44,868 nucleotides of DNA, from positions 1-44,868 of the forward strand of contig DUSO01000037.1 in assembly GCA_012842565.1 (NCBI GenBank), given 5' to 3'. Every line of letters starts with the position of its first letter. Position 1 is the stretch's first letter. The notes under the pieces were generated by a model that was given only the letters and a program-made list of their open reading frames with translations, searched no databases and was not told the DNA's origin. The stretch is from Bacillota bacterium. Its GTDB lineage: Bacteria > Bacillota > SHA-98 > Ch115. The translations under genes and the position numbers were made by a program. Positions 42,101 through 44,868 of the stretch are shown here, piece after piece.

Positions 42101-43567
42101 TTACCACCGGCCGACACCCACTCTCACCCTGCGAAAGCGGGCTGGGGACGCACCATGTCCCACATGTGCTATCTGCAGGGGCTCGCCCTTGCCGCAGGAG
42201 GGGAGGCCCCACAGGTGCCAGAAATCCTCGTTGGCTATGGCATCACAGCTCCTCCAGAATTCGGGCGTAATGCCGGTGTATGTAGCATTCTTCAACATCC
42301 GGCCCATTTCCCCGTTCTTGATCTCCCATGCGATCTCTGTCCCAAACTGGAAGTTTAGCCTCTTGTCATCTATGCTCCAGCTCTTGTTCGTATCCATGAA
42401 TATGCCGTCTTTGGTATCCCGGATGATCTCGTCCAGGGTCCAATCACCGGGCATGAGGTTGATGTTGGTCATGCGAATTATAGGCATCCTGTTCCACCCG
42501 TCGGCCCGCATGCAGCCGTTGCTCCTCTGGTTTACCCGCCCGGCAGTTTCCCTTGACGTGAGGTAGTTTATAAAGATACCCTTTTTGACCAGCTCCGTAC
42601 GCTGAGCCGGGACTCCCTCGTCGTCATAGCCAAAAGTGCCAAGGCCCCCCGGGACAGTGGCATCAGCTACGATCGTTACCTCAGGAGAACCATACCTGAA
42701 CGTACCCTGTTTCTCCGGGGTAAGGAAGCTCGTGCCGGCATAGCTGGCCTCGGTGCCGAATACCCTGTCGAGCTCGCTGGGGTGCCCGCACGATTCGTGA
42801 ATCTGCAGAGCCAGCTGATTGCTCCCGAGGATGAGATCCGTCGTCGTGCTCGGGCACTGTGGCGCGTCCAGGAGGTCTATGGCCTGCTGGGCTATTTCTT
42901 CCGCGTGCCCGGCAAGGTCGAGGCTCTTTACGAATTCATATCCTTTGGCCGCAAAGTCCCCTCCGAATCCCCCGGGATACGAACGCTCCTGGATGTCATT
43001 GGCATCTGCCGCAACAGCAGATATCCCGGCCCCTGATTCTACGATCTCCTGGGCGATCTCCGCACCATCGCTGCTCAAGAATATCTTCTCCTCCCGCCGG
43101 AATCCCATTGTGGCGGTGGAAACCCGTATCCCCTTTTTCCCTCTCATCAGCCTCTCGGCATCCATGAGGAGCTCTATCTTCTCGTCGATAGAGACCGTAA
43201 AGGGGTCGATGTCGTAACTGGTCTTATATGAATCGCAAATGGCATCGACGGGGCTCAAGGTGACGTCCTCCGTCTTTGCCCTGGCGCTCGCCCTTGCGAT
43301 CCTCACGGCAAGCTCGGCGGTCTTTTCGATTTCCTCGTCATCGAGCTTAGAGCTGGAGGCGAAGCCCCAGCGTCCGTTTACGAGGGCCCGCACTCCAAAG
43401 CCCGATTCCTCCGAGGATTCCAGGGCATCGACCTTGCCGTTCTTGACTACTATGTTTTCGTCCCGCCGGGTCACTACACGGATATCCGCATAGGAGGCAC
43501 CCAGTGCCCTCGCGGTCTCCAGAGCTATTCTAAACCGCCTCAAAGCCGTATCACCAGGCTTTCGCAA
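42101..43567 (-). CDS. tldD: TldD family metalloprotease
   Basis: GFGVRAL..G.WGFAS, HESCGH (HExxxH), DDEGVP, P..RMTN, CGKGEP.Q...V.HG. Confidence 0.92.
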   Translation of the reverse strand: MRKPGDTALRRFRIALETARALGASYADIRVVTRRDENIVVKNGKVDALESSEESGFGVRALVNGRWGFASSSKLDDEEIEKTAELAVRIARASARAKTEDVTLSPVDAICDSYKTSYDIDPFTVSIDEKIELLMDAERLMRGKKGIRVSTATMGFRREEKIFLSSDGAEIAQEIVESGAGISAVAADANDIQERSYPGGFGGDFAAKGYEFVKSLDLAGHAEEIAQQAIDLLDAPQCPSTTTDLILGSNQLALQIHESCGHPSELDRVFGTEASYAGTSFLTPEKQGTFRYGSPEVTIVADATVPGGLGTFGYDDEGVPAQRTELVKKGIFINYLTSRETAGRVNQRSNGCMRADGWNRMPIIRMTNINLMPGDWTLDEIIRDTKDGIFMDTNKSWSIDDKRLNFQFGTEIAWEIKNGEMGRMLKNATYTGITPEFWRSCDAIANEDFWHLWGLPSCGKGEPLQIAHVGHGASPARFRRVRVGVGRW

Positions 43568-43631
43568 AGGGCCCCCAACGAGTACCCGGCCCTGAAAGTC
43601 ATTCCCGCATAGAAAACATCCTTGGACTATT

Positions 43632-43658
43632 ATTCCACATAGAGCGCTCTATCCCTGC
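43632..43658 (-). promoter_or_regulatory. Sigma-H-like promoter upstream of tldD
   Basis: GCAGGGAT-N12-GTGGAAT; its -35 overlaps the last codons of the vapC remnant. Confidence 0.55.
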
Positions 43659-43831
43659 CGCACTCCGGCGGGGAGCATCTCGAAACCCATCTGGTGGAAG
43701 TGAGGGTCAAATGTGAAGGCCTTTTTACAGCCGAGCCTGGACATGATGACAAAGCTTAAGCAGTCGACAAAGCTAAAGTCCTTATCATGATATCTCTGTG
43801 CCAATGGCCAAGCAGCTTCTTCGTCGGCTGG
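43649..43831 (-). pseudogene. C-terminal remnant of a PIN-domain VapC toxin
   Basis: Not in the ORF track. Translates to PADEEAAWPLAQRYHDKDFSFVDCLSFVIMSRLGCKKAFTFDPHFHQMGFEMLP..., i.e. the PIN motifs S..D..S and TFD.HF. No N-terminal PIN half, and no start codon upstream of the remnant. Confidence 0.8.
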
Positions 43832-43869
43832 ACCCGGAGAACATAGACAGGTGGGTTGGATCGTTGTCG

Positions 43870-44112
43870 GTAGATATAGCGGTCATGATCTGTAGATCCG
43901 TCCAACCGTCCTGTCCGCACGGCAGAGGAGGCCATGCGAAACAACGGATCGTCTTCCTTGACCGATTCCCCGCCTCCCATCTCCCTGTCAATGAGGTTTC
44001 TGACCACACCGGCAATGCCGGTATTGTATTTTGCTGCGCTCTCCTTGAGAACGAGGAGGTACTGTGCCTCATCCAGGGTGCACAAGCTCAGGGCTCCCGT
44101 GCCAAGGCCCAC
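43870..44112 (-). pseudogene. Degenerate RHH/CopG-type antitoxin (VapB-like) reading through into the toxin remnant
   Basis: LDEAQYLL.LKESAAKYNTGIAGVVRNLIDRE followed by DPLF...G..D.STDHDRYIY; stop codon lost. Confidence 0.6.
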
Positions 44113-44868
44113 CTAAAACCTCACATCTTCTTTCGAAACATATGCCACCCCGATACAAGTATCTGCGGCTCCGTAGTAGACCAGGTAACCGTCCTCGGTC
44201 TCAGCCTGGCCGCAGCTAAAAACCACGTTGGGGACCAGGCCGTTTCGCTCCCATTCGAGCTCGGGCTCCAGGATGGGCTCATCCTGGCGAGCAAGAACGA
44301 CGGTAGGATTAGCCGGATCCAGCAGAGCTGCACCCAGCCTGTAGGTCCGCGATTCATCTACACCGTGATAGAAAAGCAGCCATCCGTGCCTGGTGCGCAC
44401 CGGGGGCCCTGCTATGCCGATCCGCTGCGACTGCCAGGTACCCGGTATGGGCCTCATTATAATCTGGTGGTCGGTCCAGTTGATGAGGTCATTGGAAAAG
44501 GCAATCCATATGTCCGGCAGCCGGCGGTGAAGAATCACGTACCGCCCCCCGACCTTTTCGGGGAATAGGGCCACGTCTTTATTCGGCTCGTCCAGGAGGA
44601 TGCGACGTCCCTCCCACCGGACAAGGTCAGGGGATCCGATGATAGTTGGCCGCACGTCAAACCAGTCCCTCCCGCCAAACGCGGTATAAATCATGTAATA
44701 GCGGCCGTCCAGGAGGGTGATGCGTGGATCCTCCACCCCCCACATCTCCTGGCTGGTCTCCCCCACCAGAATAGGCACGCTGTATCTCTTGAAGTGTATG
44801 CCGTCTGTGCTCACGGCATAGCCAATCGATGAAGTGTACTTGTGCTCCTCGACCGGACGTTCAAGTCC
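44113..44868 (-). CDS. GH130 family glycoside phosphorylase/hydrolase (5' end beyond the window)
   Basis: Frame open to the window edge. SSIGYAVSTDG, GVEDPRIT, NKDVALFPEK, LHRR, FYHG, YRLG..LLD, PNVVF..G, YYGAADT. Confidence 0.9.
   Translation of the reverse strand, partial: GLERPVEEHKYTSSIGYAVSTDGIHFKRYSVPILVGETSQEMWGVEDPRITLLDGRYYMIYTAFGGRDWFDVRPTIIGSPDLVRWEGRRILLDEPNKDVALFPEKVGGRYVILHRRLPDIWIAFSNDLINWTDHQIIMRPIPGTWQSQRIGIAGPPVRTRHGWLLFYHGVDESRTYRLGAALLDPANPTVVLARQDEPILEPELEWERNGLVPNVVFSCGQAETEDGYLVYYGAADTCIGVAYVSKEDVRF

Overview
A GC-rich chromosomal window from what looks like a spore-forming Bacillota genome that probably has an outer membrane. This is inferred from a T-box, sigma-H- and sigma-K-like promoters, a YaaH/SleL-type GH18 and the pcrA-ligA-gatCAB block, together with signal-peptide TolC genes and Wzz. 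No CRISPR array, tRNA, rRNA or intact mobile element was seen. Content in order: partial LolD/MacB-type ABC ATPase; bacteriohemerythrin; azlCD; a MacAB-type efflux operon flanked by two different TolC-family genes; a TPP riboswitch controlling a ThiE-Nudix fusion plus a non-Cys Thi4; rlmD; ald; a long T-box (probable Phe specifier) above a DAHP synthase homologue that has lost its catalytic motifs; a LacI gene with a Thermotoga-type iolM-(extra Zn dehydrogenase)-iolN-iolO cluster; an EndoQ-UvrD fusion; orphan wzz; fur-feoB-feoA; an FAH-family gene; a spore GH18; and a long minus-strand run (GH130, decayed vapBC, tldD, pmbA, pcrA, ligA, gatC, gatA, gatB, EamA, ECF S component). Best leads: (1) the ThiE-Nudix/Thi4 operon, a candidate for the unassigned ADT-hydrolysing step of Thi4-dependent thiamin synthesis, under a TPP aptamer carrying an extra hairpin in J4/5; (2) a T-box-regulated DAHP synthase pseudoenzyme; (3) a TolC pair in which one gene seems to have extra beta-strands and the other none. 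All family calls come from motif recognition by eye. No database searches were run.
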